From NCBI GenBank assembly GCA_963796195.1, contig CAWCKS010000005.1, positions 99,191 through 163,190 on the forward strand: DNA of 64,000 nt. The letters run 5' to 3'. The stretch comes from an uncultured Alphaproteobacteria bacterium (GTDB lineage: Bacteria; Pseudomonadota; Alphaproteobacteria; Rhizobiales; Xanthobacteraceae). Made by a program: the position numbers and the translations under genes. This document shows, piece by piece, positions 9,237-20,974 of the stretch. The notes under the pieces were generated by a model that made no database searches, was not told the DNA's origin, and was given only the letters and a program-made list of their open reading frames with translations. Positions within the stretch are counted from its first letter, which is position 1; each line of letters starts with the position of its first letter.

Positions 9237-9584
9237 ATGCGGATTCACAATATCTACACCGACGAAAATGGAGAGACACACTTTCGGGACATCGATATCG
9301 CGATGACGGAGCATGGTTCTGATGGGTCGACATCCGGGAGGCTGCCAGCCACGGGAATCTTTTTCCGGACTACCCCCGCCGATTGGTTTTTCGATTGGCA
9401 CCCGGCGACGCGGCGGCAATACGTCATCAATCTGGACGCGCCCAACAAGATCACAGCCAGCGACGGGGAGACCCGCATCATCGGTGTTGGCGAGATCATT
9501 CTGATCGAGGATGTCCACGGGAAAGGACACCTGTCCCAAGCCGTCGGCCAGATGAGACGGTCGGTCATGATCCCGATCGACTAG
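9237..9584 (+). CDS. Cupin domain protein
   Basis: MRIHNIYTDENGETHFRDI...GVGEIILIEDVHGKGH has cupin-like beta-sandwich motifs. ATG at 9237 has a GGGAG RBS nearby. Confidence 0.5.
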   Translation: MRIHNIYTDENGETHFRDIDIAMTEHGSDGSTSGRLPATGIFFRTTPADWFFDWHPATRRQYVINLDAPNKITASDGETRIIGVGEIILIEDVHGKGHLSQAVGQMRRSVMIPID

Positions 9585-9677
9585 GCTCAAAACAGGCCAA
9601 TCGGTGTTTTTGAGAGAGGCGATCGACAATCTCCGCAGCCGGAGCGGCAGCACGGGCTGTTGCCGAAAGAAACAACC

Positions 9678-11159
9678 ATGACCAGCGCTCGGATTGCCGT
9701 CCTGCATTTCGCCCACGAGACGGTGAGCTTCCTCAAGAACGACACAACCATAGACGATTTCATTTATCCGGGCTCGCCGGCCAGCGGCGAAGCGCTGCTG
9801 AAGGCCTATCCAAAATCCTACATGGGCGGCTTCGTGAAGGTGGCGCGCGAGTTCGCCGGTGTCGAACTGGTCGGCATCGAATTGCCGCTATGGCCGAAGA
9901 CCGGCACCGGCTCGGGGTGGGTCACCAAGGAGGCGTGGGATCGCTTCGTCGGCAAGATGATCGCCGAGCTGAAAGCCCAGGGGCCGTTCGCAGGCGTCTA
10001 CCTGTGCGTCCACGGCGCGATGGCGGTGCGCGGCGTGCCGCGTCCCGAGGCCGAACTCGCGCGGCTGGTACGCGAGGTGGTCGGACCGAAAGCATTCATT
10101 GCGGCGACCTTCGACCTGCACGGCAACGAGGACGAGGAGTTTCTCAAACACGCCGACATGGCGTTCACGGTGAAATACTTTCCGCACTATGACGAATATT
10201 TGCAGGGCGAGCGGGCGGCGCGAACCCTCGTGCGTGCGATTCGCGGCGACTACAAACCGGTGCATGTGACGGTGCGCGTTCCCATCATCACGGCGACCGT
10301 GCTGCAATGGACCGGCGCGTCGCCATGGATGGATCTGGTGCAGCGCGCGCTGACTTGGGAAGCGCGTGAGCCCGATACCTATGTGAACATCTTCTTCGGC
10401 TTTCCGTTTGCCGATGTGCCCGATGTCGGCATGACCGTGCAGGTTTTGACCAACGGCAAGCCGGAGTTGGCGAGCCGCGTCGCGCGCGATCTCGCGCAAG
10501 CGATCTGGCGGCAGCGCGAGGCGCTGCTGACGAAAACCAAGGTGCACAAGATTCCGGACGGGGTGGCGCTGGTCAGGGAGGCGGTGGCGCGCGGCGCGAC
10601 GCCCGTAGTGCTGGCCGATCATTCCGATCGCTCGGGCTACGCGACGTTCCTGCTGCGTGAGATCATCGCGCAGAACCTCGCTAATGCCTTGATCGCGACA
10701 ATTGCGGACGCCAAGGCCACCGCCGCGGTGAAGGCGAGCGGGGCCAAGGCCGGCGACCCGTTCGATATGGCGGTCGGTGGCCTTGCCGACGAGTCCGCCG
10801 GCGAACCCGTGCGTATCCAGGGCACGATCCTGACGGTGGCCGAGGGCCACGGCCAGTTCTGGGTGGTCGTCCGATTCGGCCAGAACAATGTGCTGATCCT
10901 GAGTACCTTTCTGGTGCAGGTGATAGAGCCGTTCTCGCTGAAGGAGCTTGGTCTGGACATCACCAAGTTCGACGTGTTCGCGATCAAGTCGCGCGTCCAT
11001 TTCCGTCGCGGCTTCGACGATAACGGTTTTGCCAAAACCATCCTGCTGGTCGAGCCGACGGAACCGTTCCTGGGCACCACACGGCTCGACAAGCTGCCTT
11101 ACGAAAATGTCGACATCAAGCAGTTCTACCCGTACGGCAATCCGACATTTGCTGTTTGA
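9678..11159 (+). CDS. M81 family metallopeptidase (microcystinase MlrC-like; DUF1485+DUF1446)
   Basis: N-terminal RIAVLHFAHETVSF and overall architecture typical of the MlrC/M81 family. Confidence 0.7.
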   Translation: MTSARIAVLHFAHETVSFLKNDTTIDDFIYPGSPASGEALLKAYPKSYMGGFVKVAREFAGVELVGIELPLWPKTGTGSGWVTKEAWDRFVGKMIAELKAQGPFAGVYLCVHGAMAVRGVPRPEAELARLVREVVGPKAFIAATFDLHGNEDEEFLKHADMAFTVKYFPHYDEYLQGERAARTLVRAIRGDYKPVHVTVRVPIITATVLQWTGASPWMDLVQRALTWEAREPDTYVNIFFGFPFADVPDVGMTVQVLTNGKPELASRVARDLAQAIWRQREALLTKTKVHKIPDGVALVREAVARGATPVVLADHSDRSGYATFLLREIIAQNLANALIATIADAKATAAVKASGAKAGDPFDMAVGGLADESAGEPVRIQGTILTVAEGHGQFWVVVRFGQNNVLILSTFLVQVIEPFSLKELGLDITKFDVFAIKSRVHFRRGFDDNGFAKTILLVEPTEPFLGTTRLDKLPYENVDIKQFYPYGNPTFAV

Positions 11160-11252
11160 TGCAGGCATCATCGAACAGGCAGTAAGCTCGCGTAAGCGCT
11201 CGCTTGGGTCTGCGATGTGACAGTTGATGAAATCAAAATAGAGCTCCGGCAA

Positions 11253-11987
11253 ATGAACGTCTTCGGGTGTTTCATGGGATCGCCATCAGGTCTGTGCACA
11301 GCGGCCGCTTTGCTGGCCGCCCTCGGGTGGTCCGTGCTTGCCGACGCGGCTCGCGCGCAGAGCGTCGGGTCCGGCCAGGGCAATGCCGCGAACTACGAGC
11401 TGCTGACGCCTCAAGGCGCAGGGCCGTTTGTAGCCGTGGTTGTCATGCACGGCTGCGACGGCATCAACGCCAACACCCGGGCCTGGGCCGCGCGCCTCGT
11501 CGGCTGGGGTTACGCTACGCTGATTGTCGATAGTTTCCGGTCGCGCGGCCTCAGCAATGTCTGCAACCGGGGCGCCATGCTGCCGGCTTCGGTGCGGGCC
11601 GCTGACGCGATCGCGGCGAAAAATTATCTGAGAAGCCTGCCTAATATCGCGAAGGGCCGGATCGGCCTGATCGGATTTTCGCATGGCGGCTGGGCGGCAC
11701 TGGCAGCGGCTAGCTCTTTCAGCGCGGTCGTCGCCTATTATCCATGGTGCAGCGGCCGTGTGCCCGCCAACACGCTGGTTCTTATTGGCAGCGCCGACGA
11801 CTGGACACCCTCGCAACGATGTAGCGGCGGGGCAAATCTGAAGGTCTATTCCGGCGCGACCCATGCCTTCGACGCAGCGCGCGGAGACCGAACCTATCTC
11901 GGCCATCACATGGCCTATGACGCCGCCGCCGCGACGGATGCCGAAGACAGAACACGCCGGTTTCTCGCAGCGCGTCTCGGGCGCTAG
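11253..11987 (+). CDS. Dienelactone hydrolase family protein (secreted)
   Basis: Signal peptide. VVVMHGCDG...GFSHGG nucleophile elbow. DLH fold. Confidence 0.7.
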   Translation: MNVFGCFMGSPSGLCTAAALLAALGWSVLADAARAQSVGSGQGNAANYELLTPQGAGPFVAVVVMHGCDGINANTRAWAARLVGWGYATLIVDSFRSRGLSNVCNRGAMLPASVRAADAIAAKNYLRSLPNIAKGRIGLIGFSHGGWAALAAASSFSAVVAYYPWCSGRVPANTLVLIGSADDWTPSQRCSGGANLKVYSGATHAFDAARGDRTYLGHHMAYDAAAATDAEDRTRRFLAARLGR

Positions 11988-12009
11988 GTGACGCGGGGAG
12001 GGCGAAGGC

Positions 12010-13332
12010 ATGGCGGTTTCTTCTGTCGCGATTGACACCAGCGTGGCACCGGCTGAATCGCATGAATTCGCCCGGTCGTTCGCCCACGAGGTGCTGGTCA
12101 CCGAGACCTTGCGGATCAAGGCGCTGATCATTGCCGCGACTGTGCTGGTGTTCCTGCTGACCGTCGCCTATGTCGTCGCGCCCGATGTCGTCAAGAACAT
12201 CTGGCACTCCAGCAAGTTCAGCATCGTGGTGCTCTATGCGATCTATATTCCCTTCGTGGTCTTCGAGCTTCTGGTGTTGCGAACGATCCAGCATCGCATC
12301 GATATCGGCGGCGACGTGCCGGCCTATCGTCGCTATCTGAGCGTCTTGATCGAGACCAGCCTGCCGTCGCTCGGGCTTGCCGTGCACATGAGCCAGATGG
12401 GGCCGGGGCGCGCGCTCGCCTTTGTCATTCCGCTCGTTTATTTCATCTTCATCATTCTCTCGACCTTGCGGCTCGACTTCTGGTTGTCGGCGTTCACCGG
12501 CTTTGTCGCGGCGGTCGAGCTGTTCCTGATGGCAACACTTTATCCAACGCTGGTGTTTCCAAACTACGACGCCTCCCACGAATTCGGCTTTCACCTCGCG
12601 CGCAGCTTTGTGCTGCTCGGCGGAGGCCTGCTGGCCGGCGCGGTCGGCACCCAGTTGCGGCGGCAATTCATGGCGGCGATCGCGGCGGCGCAGGCGCGTG
12701 ACACCGTGACAAACCTGTTCGGCCAGCACGTCTCGCCGCAGGTCGTTGAGCGGCTGCTCGCAAGCGGCGCCGATGGCGCGACCGACACCCGCACTGTCGC
12801 GGTGATGTTCGTCGACATCCGCGGCTTCACCGCGGCGGCGCGCGAGCGCACGCCGGTCGAGGTGGTGCAGCGGCTCGACAGCGCGTTCGCCGTACTGGTC
12901 GAGATCGTCGACCGGCACCACGGCATCGTCAACAAGTTCCTCGGCGACGGCTTTCTCGCGCTGTTCGGCGCGCCGCTCGCCGATCCCGACGCGGCGCGGC
13001 GCGCGGTCACCGCGGCGCACGAGATGCTGGAGGCGATGAATCGTGAGAACGAGGGCAGCGACTGGCCGCTCCGGATCGGCATCGGCATTCATCTTGGCGA
13101 AGTCGTCGCCGGCAATGTCGGCTCGCCCCGCCGCAAGGAATACACCGTGATCGGCGACACCGTGAATTTTGCCTCACGGCTCGAAGCGCTGAACAAGGAA
13201 TTTGGCTCGCAGCTCTTGGTGTCGGGTGAGGTCTACAACGATCTCAAGGAACCATGCGCCAACGGGGTCCAGCGTGGCCCGGTCACCGTGCGCGGTTACG
13301 AGCAGCCGATGCCGGTGTGGCAACTGGCGTAA
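12010..13332 (+). CDS. Membrane-anchored class III adenylate/guanylate cyclase
   Basis: 6 TM N-terminus. Cyclase core VAVMFVDIRGFT...NKFLGDGFLALFGAP...GDTVNFASRLE. Confidence 0.85.
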   Translation: MAVSSVAIDTSVAPAESHEFARSFAHEVLVTETLRIKALIIAATVLVFLLTVAYVVAPDVVKNIWHSSKFSIVVLYAIYIPFVVFELLVLRTIQHRIDIGGDVPAYRRYLSVLIETSLPSLGLAVHMSQMGPGRALAFVIPLVYFIFIILSTLRLDFWLSAFTGFVAAVELFLMATLYPTLVFPNYDASHEFGFHLARSFVLLGGGLLAGAVGTQLRRQFMAAIAAAQARDTVTNLFGQHVSPQVVERLLASGADGATDTRTVAVMFVDIRGFTAAARERTPVEVVQRLDSAFAVLVEIVDRHHGIVNKFLGDGFLALFGAPLADPDAARRAVTAAHEMLEAMNRENEGSDWPLRIGIGIHLGEVVAGNVGSPRRKEYTVIGDTVNFASRLEALNKEFGSQLLVSGEVYNDLKEPCANGVQRGPVTVRGYEQPMPVWQLA

Positions 13333-13344
13333 GGAAACGGCGCG

Positions 13345-14316
13345 ATGACCACTCAATCCACAACGGCTGAGACGCTGCCATATCTGTCATCGGCATCCCT
13401 AGACCGCCTGGCGATTTCCACGCTCGACGTGGTCGACGAGATCGAGCGCCAGATCGTCGGCCAGCGGCGCGGCCAAGTCTGGTGTGCGCCAAAGGCGATC
13501 GTGCTGCCGGGTGACGATCGCTACATCATGGCCACACTTGGGGTCGCGTCCGAGCCTCGCGTACTGGCTACGAAATCGCTGGTGGTCAATCCTCGCAATG
13601 CCGAGCGGGGACTTGCCACCCTCAACTCGCTGATCACCCTTCTCGACAGCGAAACGGGACTGCCGCTCGCGCTGATCGATGGCAATTGGGTGACCGAGAA
13701 GCGCACCGCCGGTCTGAGCGCCGTCGCCGCCAGGCGTCTGGCACGGAGCAATTCGTCATCCGCCGCGTTCATCGGATGCGGCGTTCAGGCGCGCGGTCAC
13801 CTCGAGGCTTTCGCCGACCTTTTTCCGTTGCGGGAAATTCGCGCCTTTGGTCGTGGCGCCAGCAATCGCGATGCACTTTGCCGGTTGGCACAGTCGCGAG
13901 GCATCAAAGCGGTGCCGTGCGATACGGCGAGGGCTGCGGTTGATGGCGCCGACATCGTGGTGACGACAATTACCCTGGTGCCGGAGCCCGTTCCATTCCT
14001 CGATGCGCATTGGTTGAAGGCGGGAAGCTTCACCGCAATGACCGACCTCGCTCTGCCCTGGTTGCCGGAGAGCATGCTGTGCTTCGATCGCATCGTCATC
14101 GACGACCTGGAACAAGAGGCCAAGATGAGCAAGCCCATGATCAAGCCCGAGCTCGTCGCCGGCGACTTGACGGGCCTGGTCTGCGGCGACTTCGCCGGAC
14201 GGCAAAGCGCAAGCGACAGGACGACCTTCGCGTTCCGTGGGATGGCCGTCGGCGATCTCGCAGTCGCAGGACTGGCATATGTCCGCGCGAAGGCGATCGG
14301 CGCGCTTGAAACTTGA
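13345..14316 (+). CDS. Ornithine cyclodeaminase / mu-crystallin family protein
   Basis: OCD_Mu_crystallin Rossmann GCGVQARGHLEAF and family-wide conservation. Confidence 0.75.
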   Translation: MTTQSTTAETLPYLSSASLDRLAISTLDVVDEIERQIVGQRRGQVWCAPKAIVLPGDDRYIMATLGVASEPRVLATKSLVVNPRNAERGLATLNSLITLLDSETGLPLALIDGNWVTEKRTAGLSAVAARRLARSNSSSAAFIGCGVQARGHLEAFADLFPLREIRAFGRGASNRDALCRLAQSRGIKAVPCDTARAAVDGADIVVTTITLVPEPVPFLDAHWLKAGSFTAMTDLALPWLPESMLCFDRIVIDDLEQEAKMSKPMIKPELVAGDLTGLVCGDFAGRQSASDRTTFAFRGMAVGDLAVAGLAYVRAKAIGALET

Positions 14317-14455
14317 GCCGTCACCCGATTTCGCGTGTCGAAACTGAACGTCCTTGCCTCCGAGGCACAAAGGGAGCCAAGATCGCTCCCGAAATCTCCG
14401 ACCAAACGGGGACGCTTGAAAACCGCCGGAACCAGCACGGCGATGGGAGGACATC

Positions 14456-16108
14456 ATGGATCAGGATCACGAGCACGATCTCGACCGACGTGAGTTCACC
14501 ATTGGCTTCCTGACGGCGAGCTTTGCCGCGCTTGCGCTGCGTCCGACCACCGCCGACTGCGGCGACGGAAAGCCCCAGCACCGCGGTGCTCGACCAGCCC
14601 TGGGCGGTCTGGGACAAGAACGCCAAGCCTGTGCGCGGCGGCATCTTCCGCGTCGCGACCGAGCAATACATCGGCAAGATGAATCCCAATCACTGGCCGG
14701 TGCTGGACTGGGTCACGATGGGCTATTTCCACGAGCGGTTGATGTTTACGGACGGCAACTACAACCCGACCGTGCCGTGGCTCGCCGAGAAGCTGAGCTG
14801 GGAGACGCCGCAGGACGTCGTCATGAAGCTGCGCGAGGGCGTCACCTTCCACGACGGCTCGCCGTTCGACGCCAAGGCCGTGAAATATCAGATCGACTGG
14901 ATCCGCGATCCCGCGAGCAAGACATGGGATGCGGGCTGGCTCGCCCAGCTCGATACGGTCGAGGTGGTCGACGACAGCACGCTGCGCTGGAAATTCAAGA
15001 CGCCGTGGGCCGGCTTCACCGGCGTCATGGCCAATGTTCCCGGCTACGTGTTGTCGGCGAAGGCGTTGCAGGACGATGTCGACAAGTATGACGTTCAGCC
15101 GCAGGGCACGGGCCCCTTCATGCTCGAGGAGGCGAGCCCCGGCAATTTCGTCAAGCTCAAGCGCAATCCGAACTGGTGGTTCGCCAAGGCGAGCGGCAAT
15201 CCCGACATGCCGTACTTCGACGGCATTCTCGTCACGATCATTCCGGACCCGGCGGTGCGGCTCGCCAACCTGCGCGCGGGCAAGATCGACGTGCTTGTGC
15301 TGGACAAATCGCAATACTCCGGCCGCCAAGACCGATCCAGAGCTCAACGTCTACCGCTTCCCCGGCAATCACGTCGCCGCGGTTCGCTTCAACATCACCA
15401 AGAGCGTGTTCCAGGACATTCGTTTGAGGAAAGCGGTCAGCCATGCGATCGACCGCCAGGCGCTGATCGCCGGCACGCAGTTCGGTCTCGCGCGGCTGGC
15501 GAGCTGCATGTATCCGGACGACCACTGGTGTCATAATCCGAACCTCAAGCCGGTGGCCTACGATCCAGACATGTCGAAGAAGCTGCTGGCCGAGGCCGGC
15601 TACGGCTCAGGTCTCACCGTGAAGGGCTACTGGAACAACACGACGATGGGGCAGACCGTCGCCGAGGCGATCAAGGGTATGCTGGCGCAGGTCGGCATCG
15701 ACTGGCAGGTCGACCTGATGCCGCCGGCCGCGCTTGCAACACGTATGCAGAAGGCGGACTATGACCTCGCCGCGGGCGGCTGGATCTTCATCTATGACCC
15801 CGATCTGATGCCGACCGGGCTCTACCATCCGGACAGGCGGTTTCAATTTCGGGCGCAGCAAGAACGACGCCGCGATCGCGCTGATCGAGGCCGGGCGCCA
15901 GGAAGTCGATCTCGACAAGCGTAAGGCGATCTACTGGCAGCTCGAGGAGGTCTTGTACAACTCCTACGAGGACGCGTGGCTGTGGTGGGAGGAAACCGCG
16001 ACCGCCTATCGCAAGCAGGTGCAGGGTTGGGACCACGAAGGCTTCCTGAAATACAAGGACGTCTGGTTCTGGGCGCACCCGTTGTGGTTCAAGGATGGCA
16101 AGGCGTGA
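14456..16108 (+). pseudogene. ABC transporter substrate-binding protein, family 5 (peptide/nickel), Tat signal; at least 3 frameshifts
   Basis: The SBP_bac_5 protein can be reconstructed across three reading frames (ORFs 14456.., 14523..15536, 14929..15924, then the frame ending 16108). RR-motif signal at the N-terminus. Confidence 0.7.
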
Positions 16109-16146
16109 GCCGGGCAGGGCGCAACTGACCCGGTAGGCCACGCAGG

Positions 16147-17104
16147 ATGGGCAAGTACATCGGCATCCGATTGCTGCACGCGCTGGTGATCCTGGCGATC
16201 GTGGTCGTGCTGGTTTTCATCATCGCCCGGATCATTCCGGGCGATGCGATCATGGCGGCGATGGCCGGCAGCGTCGACTTGCATGACCCTTCGGTGGTCG
16301 CGCGAGTCAAGGAGCAATACGGCCTCGACCAGCCCATTCCCGTCCAGTTCGTGGTCTGGCTCGGAGAATTTTTGCGCGGCGATTGGGGCACCTCGATCGG
16401 CACCGGCCAAAAAGTGCTCGACATGTTCGCGCAGCGGCTGCCGGTGACGCTGGAGCTGTTCATCGGCGCGACGCTGTGGTCGATCGCAATCGGTATTCCG
16501 GCCGGCATCATCAGCGCCTTGAAGCGGAACTCCACCGCTGACGTTGTCGTGACGGCGGGCGCGATCGTCGGCGTGTCGATCCCGGCGTTCTGGGAAGCGA
16601 TCGTGCTGATCTATCTGCTCGCCGTGCTGCTGCCGATCTTTCCGCCGTCGGGCTACGTGCCGTTCTCCGAAAGTCCGCTGTTCAACCTGCGCGCCATGGT
16701 GCTGCCAACCTTCGTGCTCGGCACCCATTCCGGCGGGCTGCTGGCGCGCTACGTGCGCTCCAGTCTGCTGGAGGTGCTGGGCCAGGACTACGTTCGGACA
16801 GCGCGTGCAAAAGGGTTTTCGGAGGCCGCGGTCATTGTCGCGGCACGCGCTTAAGCCCGGCATGATCCCGGTCGTCACCGTGCTCGGCCTGTCGTGGGGC
16901 GGGCTGCTTGCCGGCGCTTTCTTCATCGAGATCATCTTCGCCATCCCTGGGCTTGGCCGGATGAGTGTCGACGCGATCTTCCAGAAGGATTACCCGGTGA
17001 TGCAGGCGACGCTGATCGTGGTCTCACTGAACGTGCTCTTGGTCAATCTGCTGGTCGATATCCTCTATGGCTTTCTCGATCCACGGGTGCGGGTGCGCGG
17101 ATGA
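16147..17104 (+). pseudogene. DppB/OppB-type ABC permease with one frameshift near 16835
   Basis: The N-terminal 235 aa (BPD_transp_1) stop prematurely. The conserved RHALKPGMIPVVTVLG... continues in frame +2 (16805..17104). Confidence 0.75.
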
Positions 17105-18009
17105 CGGACACCGTTCGCCCCGCAGCCGTGATCGCGTCACGGGCCTCGTCCCGCCACCCTGCGCTGGCGCTGCTGCGCGCCGTGGCGCGCCATCGGTTGG
17201 CCCGTTTCGGGCTGGTTGTGATCGCCTTGCTGATCTTGATCGCGATCTTTGCGCCGCTGCTCGCGCCCTATAGCCCGACACAGCAGGATCTCTATCGCGT
17301 GCTGGCGCCGCCGAGCCGCGTCCATCTGCTCGGCACCGACAATCTCGGCCGCGACCTGTTGTCCCGCATCTTGTACGGCGCCCGCGTGTCGCTGTTCGTC
17401 GGCATCGTCTCATCGCTGGTGTCGGCATTGATCGGCATTCCGATCGGCCTGGTCGCCGGCTTCAGGGGCGGCGTGATCGACGCTATCATCATGCGCGTCA
17501 CCGACGCGTTCCTCTGCTTCCCGCCGCTGATCTTCATCCTGGCGATGTCGGCAGCGCTCGGTCCCGGCCTGCAGAACGTGATGCTGTCATTCGCGCTGTT
17601 CGGCTGGACCGCGTTCGCCCGGATCACGCGCGGCCAGGTGCTCTTGGTGCGCGAACTGCCGTTCATCGAGGCGGCACGCTCGGTCGGCGTGCCGGCAACG
17701 CGGATCATGTTCCGTCACATCCTGCCGAACATTTTTGCACCGATTCTCGTCGCGATCACCATCGGCATCGGCACCGCGATCCTGGTCGAGAGCGGCGTAT
17801 CGTTCCTCGGCCTTGGCGTGCAGCCGCCGACCGCAAGCTGGGGCAAGGAACTGCGCGTCGGCTTCACCTATCTCGAGGCCGCGCCGCTGTTCTCGATCGC
17901 GCCGGGTGTGATGATCTCGCTCGCGATCATCTCCTTCAACTTCGTCGGCGACGGTCTGCGCGACGCGCTCGACCCGCGGCTGCGCGGCGCCAATCGGGTG
18001 CGGCGTTGA
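17101..18009 (+). CDS. DppC/OppC-type ABC permease
   Basis: Start MTDTVRP at 17101 (ATGA overlap). EAA-loop permease, 6 TM. Confidence 0.8.
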   Translation: MTDTVRPAAVIASRASSRHPALALLRAVARHRLARFGLVVIALLILIAIFAPLLAPYSPTQQDLYRVLAPPSRVHLLGTDNLGRDLLSRILYGARVSLFVGIVSSLVSALIGIPIGLVAGFRGGVIDAIIMRVTDAFLCFPPLIFILAMSAALGPGLQNVMLSFALFGWTAFARITRGQVLLVRELPFIEAARSVGVPATRIMFRHILPNIFAPILVAITIGIGTAILVESGVSFLGLGVQPPTASWGKELRVGFTYLEAAPLFSIAPGVMISLAIISFNFVGDGLRDALDPRLRGANRVRR

Positions 18010-19008
18010 GTGCAGCGGTGACGGAGGCCGCGTCCGAGACGTTGCTCAGCGTGCGCGATCTCACAGTCGAATTCGCGACCGAGGCTGGTGTCGTCACCGC
18101 GGTCGATGGCGTGTCGTTCGACCTGCACAAAGGTGAAATCCTCGCGCTGGTCGGGGAGAGCGGCTGCGGCAAGAGCGCAACTGCGCTGGCGCTGCTGCGG
18201 CTCATCGCCGATCCGCCCGGCCGGATCGCTCATGGCGAAATCCGCTTTCGCGATCAGGACCTCATGTCGGCCGACGATGCGACCGTGCGCGAGATCCGCG
18301 GCAACCGGATCGCCATGATCTTTCAGGAGCCGATGACGAGCCTCAATCCGGTCTACACCATCGGCCGCCAGCTCGGCGAACCGCTCGAGCTGCACAAGAA
18401 CCTTGCCGGCGACACGCTGCTGGCGAAATGCCTGGCGCTGCTGGAGTCGGTCAACATTCCCGAGCCGCGCCGGCGGATGGATAGCTATCCCCACCAGTTC
18501 TCCGGCGGCATGCGCCAGCGCATGATGATCGCGATGGGGATGAGCTGCGACCCGACATCGTCGATTGCCGACGAGCCGACCACGGCGCTCGACGTCACCA
18601 TCCAGGCCCAGCTGCTCGAACTGCTGCAGGCGCAGGTCGCAAGCCATCGCACCGCGCTGCTGCTGATCACGCACAACCTCGGCGTGGTCGCGCGCTATGC
18701 CGATCGCGTCAACGTGATGTATGCCGGCCGCATCGTCGAGAGCGCGACCGCCGATGCGATTCTATCAGGCACCGCGCCACCCCTACACGATCGGCCTGTT
18801 GCGCTCGGTGCCGCGACTGGACCAGCCGAGCTCCGACAAGCTAATTCCGATCGAAGGCCAGCCGCCCAATCCGCTCGATCTGCCCAGTGGCTGTGCTTTC
18901 CACCCGCGCTGTGCGTTCGCGATCGCCAAATGCCGCAGCGAGACGCCGGTGCTGACACGTGGCGCCGATGGTCATGCGGTGGCTTGCTGGGTCGACGTCC
19001 ATGTCTGA
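18006..19008 (+). pseudogene. DppD/OppD-type ABC ATP-binding protein with a frameshift near 18760
   Basis: Walker [17 protein letters not shown]. The oligopeptide C-terminal domain (YQAPRHPYTIGLL...HPRCAFA..C) lies in another frame (18721..19008). Confidence 0.75.
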
Positions 19009-19993
19009 GCCTGTCACCGATAACCTCGTCACACTGCGCGCGCTGGCGGTGCATTTCCCAGTGCTGGGCGGGATGCTGCGCCGCCATCCCGTCGGGACCG
19101 TGCACGCGGTTGACGGCGTCGATCTCGATATCCGCCGCGGCGAGACGCTCGGCCTCGTTGGCGAGAGCGGTTGCGGCAAGTCGACGCTCGGGCGCGCCAT
19201 CCTGCAGCTGGTGCGGCCGACCGCGGGCGAGGTCAACTTCGACGGCACCGAGCTCACCAAGCTCGACGACGATGAGTTACGGCCGCTGCGCCGCCGCATG
19301 CAGATGGTGTTCCAGGATCCGTTCTCCTCGCTCAATCCGCGGATGACCGTCGGCGAAACTGTGGCGGAGCCGATGCTGGTGCACGGGCTTGCGAAGAACG
19401 CCGCCGAAAGCCGCGAGAAGACCGCCGAGCTGTTTGGGATCGTTGGCCTCAATCCAGGCATGCTGGATCGTTTCCCGCACGAATTCTCCGGCGGTCAACG
19501 CCAGCGCATCGGCATTGCGCGTTCGCTCGCGGCGCAGCCGGACTTCATCGTCTGCGACGAGCCGGTATCCGCGCTCGACGTCTCGATCCAGGCGCAGATC
19601 GTCAACCTGTTCGAGGCGTTGCGCGACCGGCTCGGCCTCACATACGTATTCATCGCGCACGACCTTGCGGTGGTGCGGCACCTAAGCGACCGCATCGCCG
19701 TGATGTATCTCGGCAAGATCGTCGAGATTGCGCCGAAGCAAGATTTGTACTCATCACCGCTGCATCCCTACACGCAAGCCTTGCTGTCAGCGGTGCCGGT
19801 GCCGGACCGCGCGATCGAGAAACGTCGCGAGCGCATCGTGCTGCAAGGCGAGGTACCGAGTCCGCTCAATCCGCCGAAAGGCTGCCGGCTGCATCCGCGC
19901 TGCGCCAAAGTGATGAGCCAGTGCCACACAGTCGAGCCGGTGTTGCGGCAGCAGGCCGACGGCCACTGGGTCGCCTGCCATTTGTACGACTAG
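19001..19993 (+). CDS. DppF/OppF-type ABC ATP-binding protein
   Basis: [31 protein letters not shown]-terminal HPYT...HPRCAK domain. Confidence 0.85.
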   Translation: MSEPVTDNLVTLRALAVHFPVLGGMLRRHPVGTVHAVDGVDLDIRRGETLGLVGESGCGKSTLGRAILQLVRPTAGEVNFDGTELTKLDDDELRPLRRRMQMVFQDPFSSLNPRMTVGETVAEPMLVHGLAKNAAESREKTAELFGIVGLNPGMLDRFPHEFSGGQRQRIGIARSLAAQPDFIVCDEPVSALDVSIQAQIVNLFEALRDRLGLTYVFIAHDLAVVRHLSDRIAVMYLGKIVEIAPKQDLYSSPLHPYTQALLSAVPVPDRAIEKRRERIVLQGEVPSPLNPPKGCRLHPRCAKVMSQCHTVEPVLRQQADGHWVACHLYD

Positions 19994-20115
19994 GTCGGCA
20001 CACCTTTGCGGTTCGTTCCGTGAACGGCTGTTCAGAAACAACTGCTTTTTGCCGGGAACGTCCATCGCGTCAGGCGGTTTGGTCTCCACAGGGTTTGAAC
20101 CTGGAGGAGGACACC

Positions 20116-20343
20116 ATGAAACTTCGACTTGCTCTCGCCGCGATTGTTGCAACGGCCATTGCGGTGCCGACAATTGCGTCGGCGGAGACGACCGTCATCA
20201 AGAAGTACGGCGATCGCGACCACTTCCATGGCGCGCGCGCCGAGATGCGCTTCGACCACGATCGCGACCTGCATCGTGGTTGGTATCACGACCACGGCAA
20301 CAAGACCGTGATCATCAAGAAGCATGTCGACCGCGACGACTGA
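20116..20343 (+). CDS. Small secreted His/Asp-rich protein (75 aa), hypothetical metal-binding
   Basis: GGAGG RBS 8 nt upstream. Signal peptide MKLRLALAAIVATAIAVPTIASA. Repeated HxDxD / YHDHG motifs. Strong terminator follows. Confidence 0.55.
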   Translation: MKLRLALAAIVATAIAVPTIASAETTVIKKYGDRDHFHGARAEMRFDHDRDLHRGWYHDHGNKTVIIKKHVDRDD

Positions 20344-20363
20344 GCGGATCAATCTTCAAGAGG

Positions 20364-20394
20364 GAAGGCCTTCGCGAGAAGGCCTTTTCTTTTG
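20364..20394 (+). terminator. Rho-independent terminator
   Basis: gaaggcctt-cgcgag-aaggcctt hairpin followed by TTCTTTT. Confidence 0.6.
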
Positions 20395-20405
20395 TCCTGA
20401 CGTGA

Positions 20406-20868
20406 TCAGAGCTGCGGCGCGGCCAGATTCTCGACCGCGACGTCGTCGCGCGCGTGGATCGCTTCCGCAATGAAGCGGCGATGACAGACCTTGTGGTCGC
20501 GCTCGTAGCAGAGGATGCAGACCGGGCCCGACCTCTCGATCAGCGCCCGCAGCTCGTCGAGCTCCTGTTTCGCCTGAGGCGTCTTCATGTGTTTTGAATA
20601 GATGCGCTTAAGGCCCTTGGCGTCGCCCGCGCGCGCGGCGAGCCGGCCTTCCTTCGGCGTGCCGAGCCCGCGCAGGTGGACGTAGCCGATCCCGCGTTCG
20701 TCGAGGCCTGCGGCAAGCTGGGTCTTCGAGAAACCCGGACGGCGCGAAGATGCGATCGCGCGCACGTCGACCAAGCAGCTTGACGCCGGCGCGTTCGAGC
20801 TCGTCGAGCACCGCTTTCGGCGGCGTCTGCTCATAGCCGATGGTGAAGAGTTTTCGTTTGCGCGCCAT
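20406..20868 (-). pseudogene. DUF488 family protein, frameshifted near 20770
   Basis: N-terminal KLFTIGYEQ...VKLL (ORF 20608..20868) continues as VDVRAIASSRRPGFSKTQL... in ORF 20406..20834. Confidence 0.6.
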
Positions 20869-20974
20869 GGTTGCCCGATGCTGCCGATCTTAAATGTGGT
20901 CTCTTTGTTCGCAATCGCAACACAAACCTGCCCCGCCAGCGCAAGACGATTGCGTGATTCGCAAGGGAGTCGTC

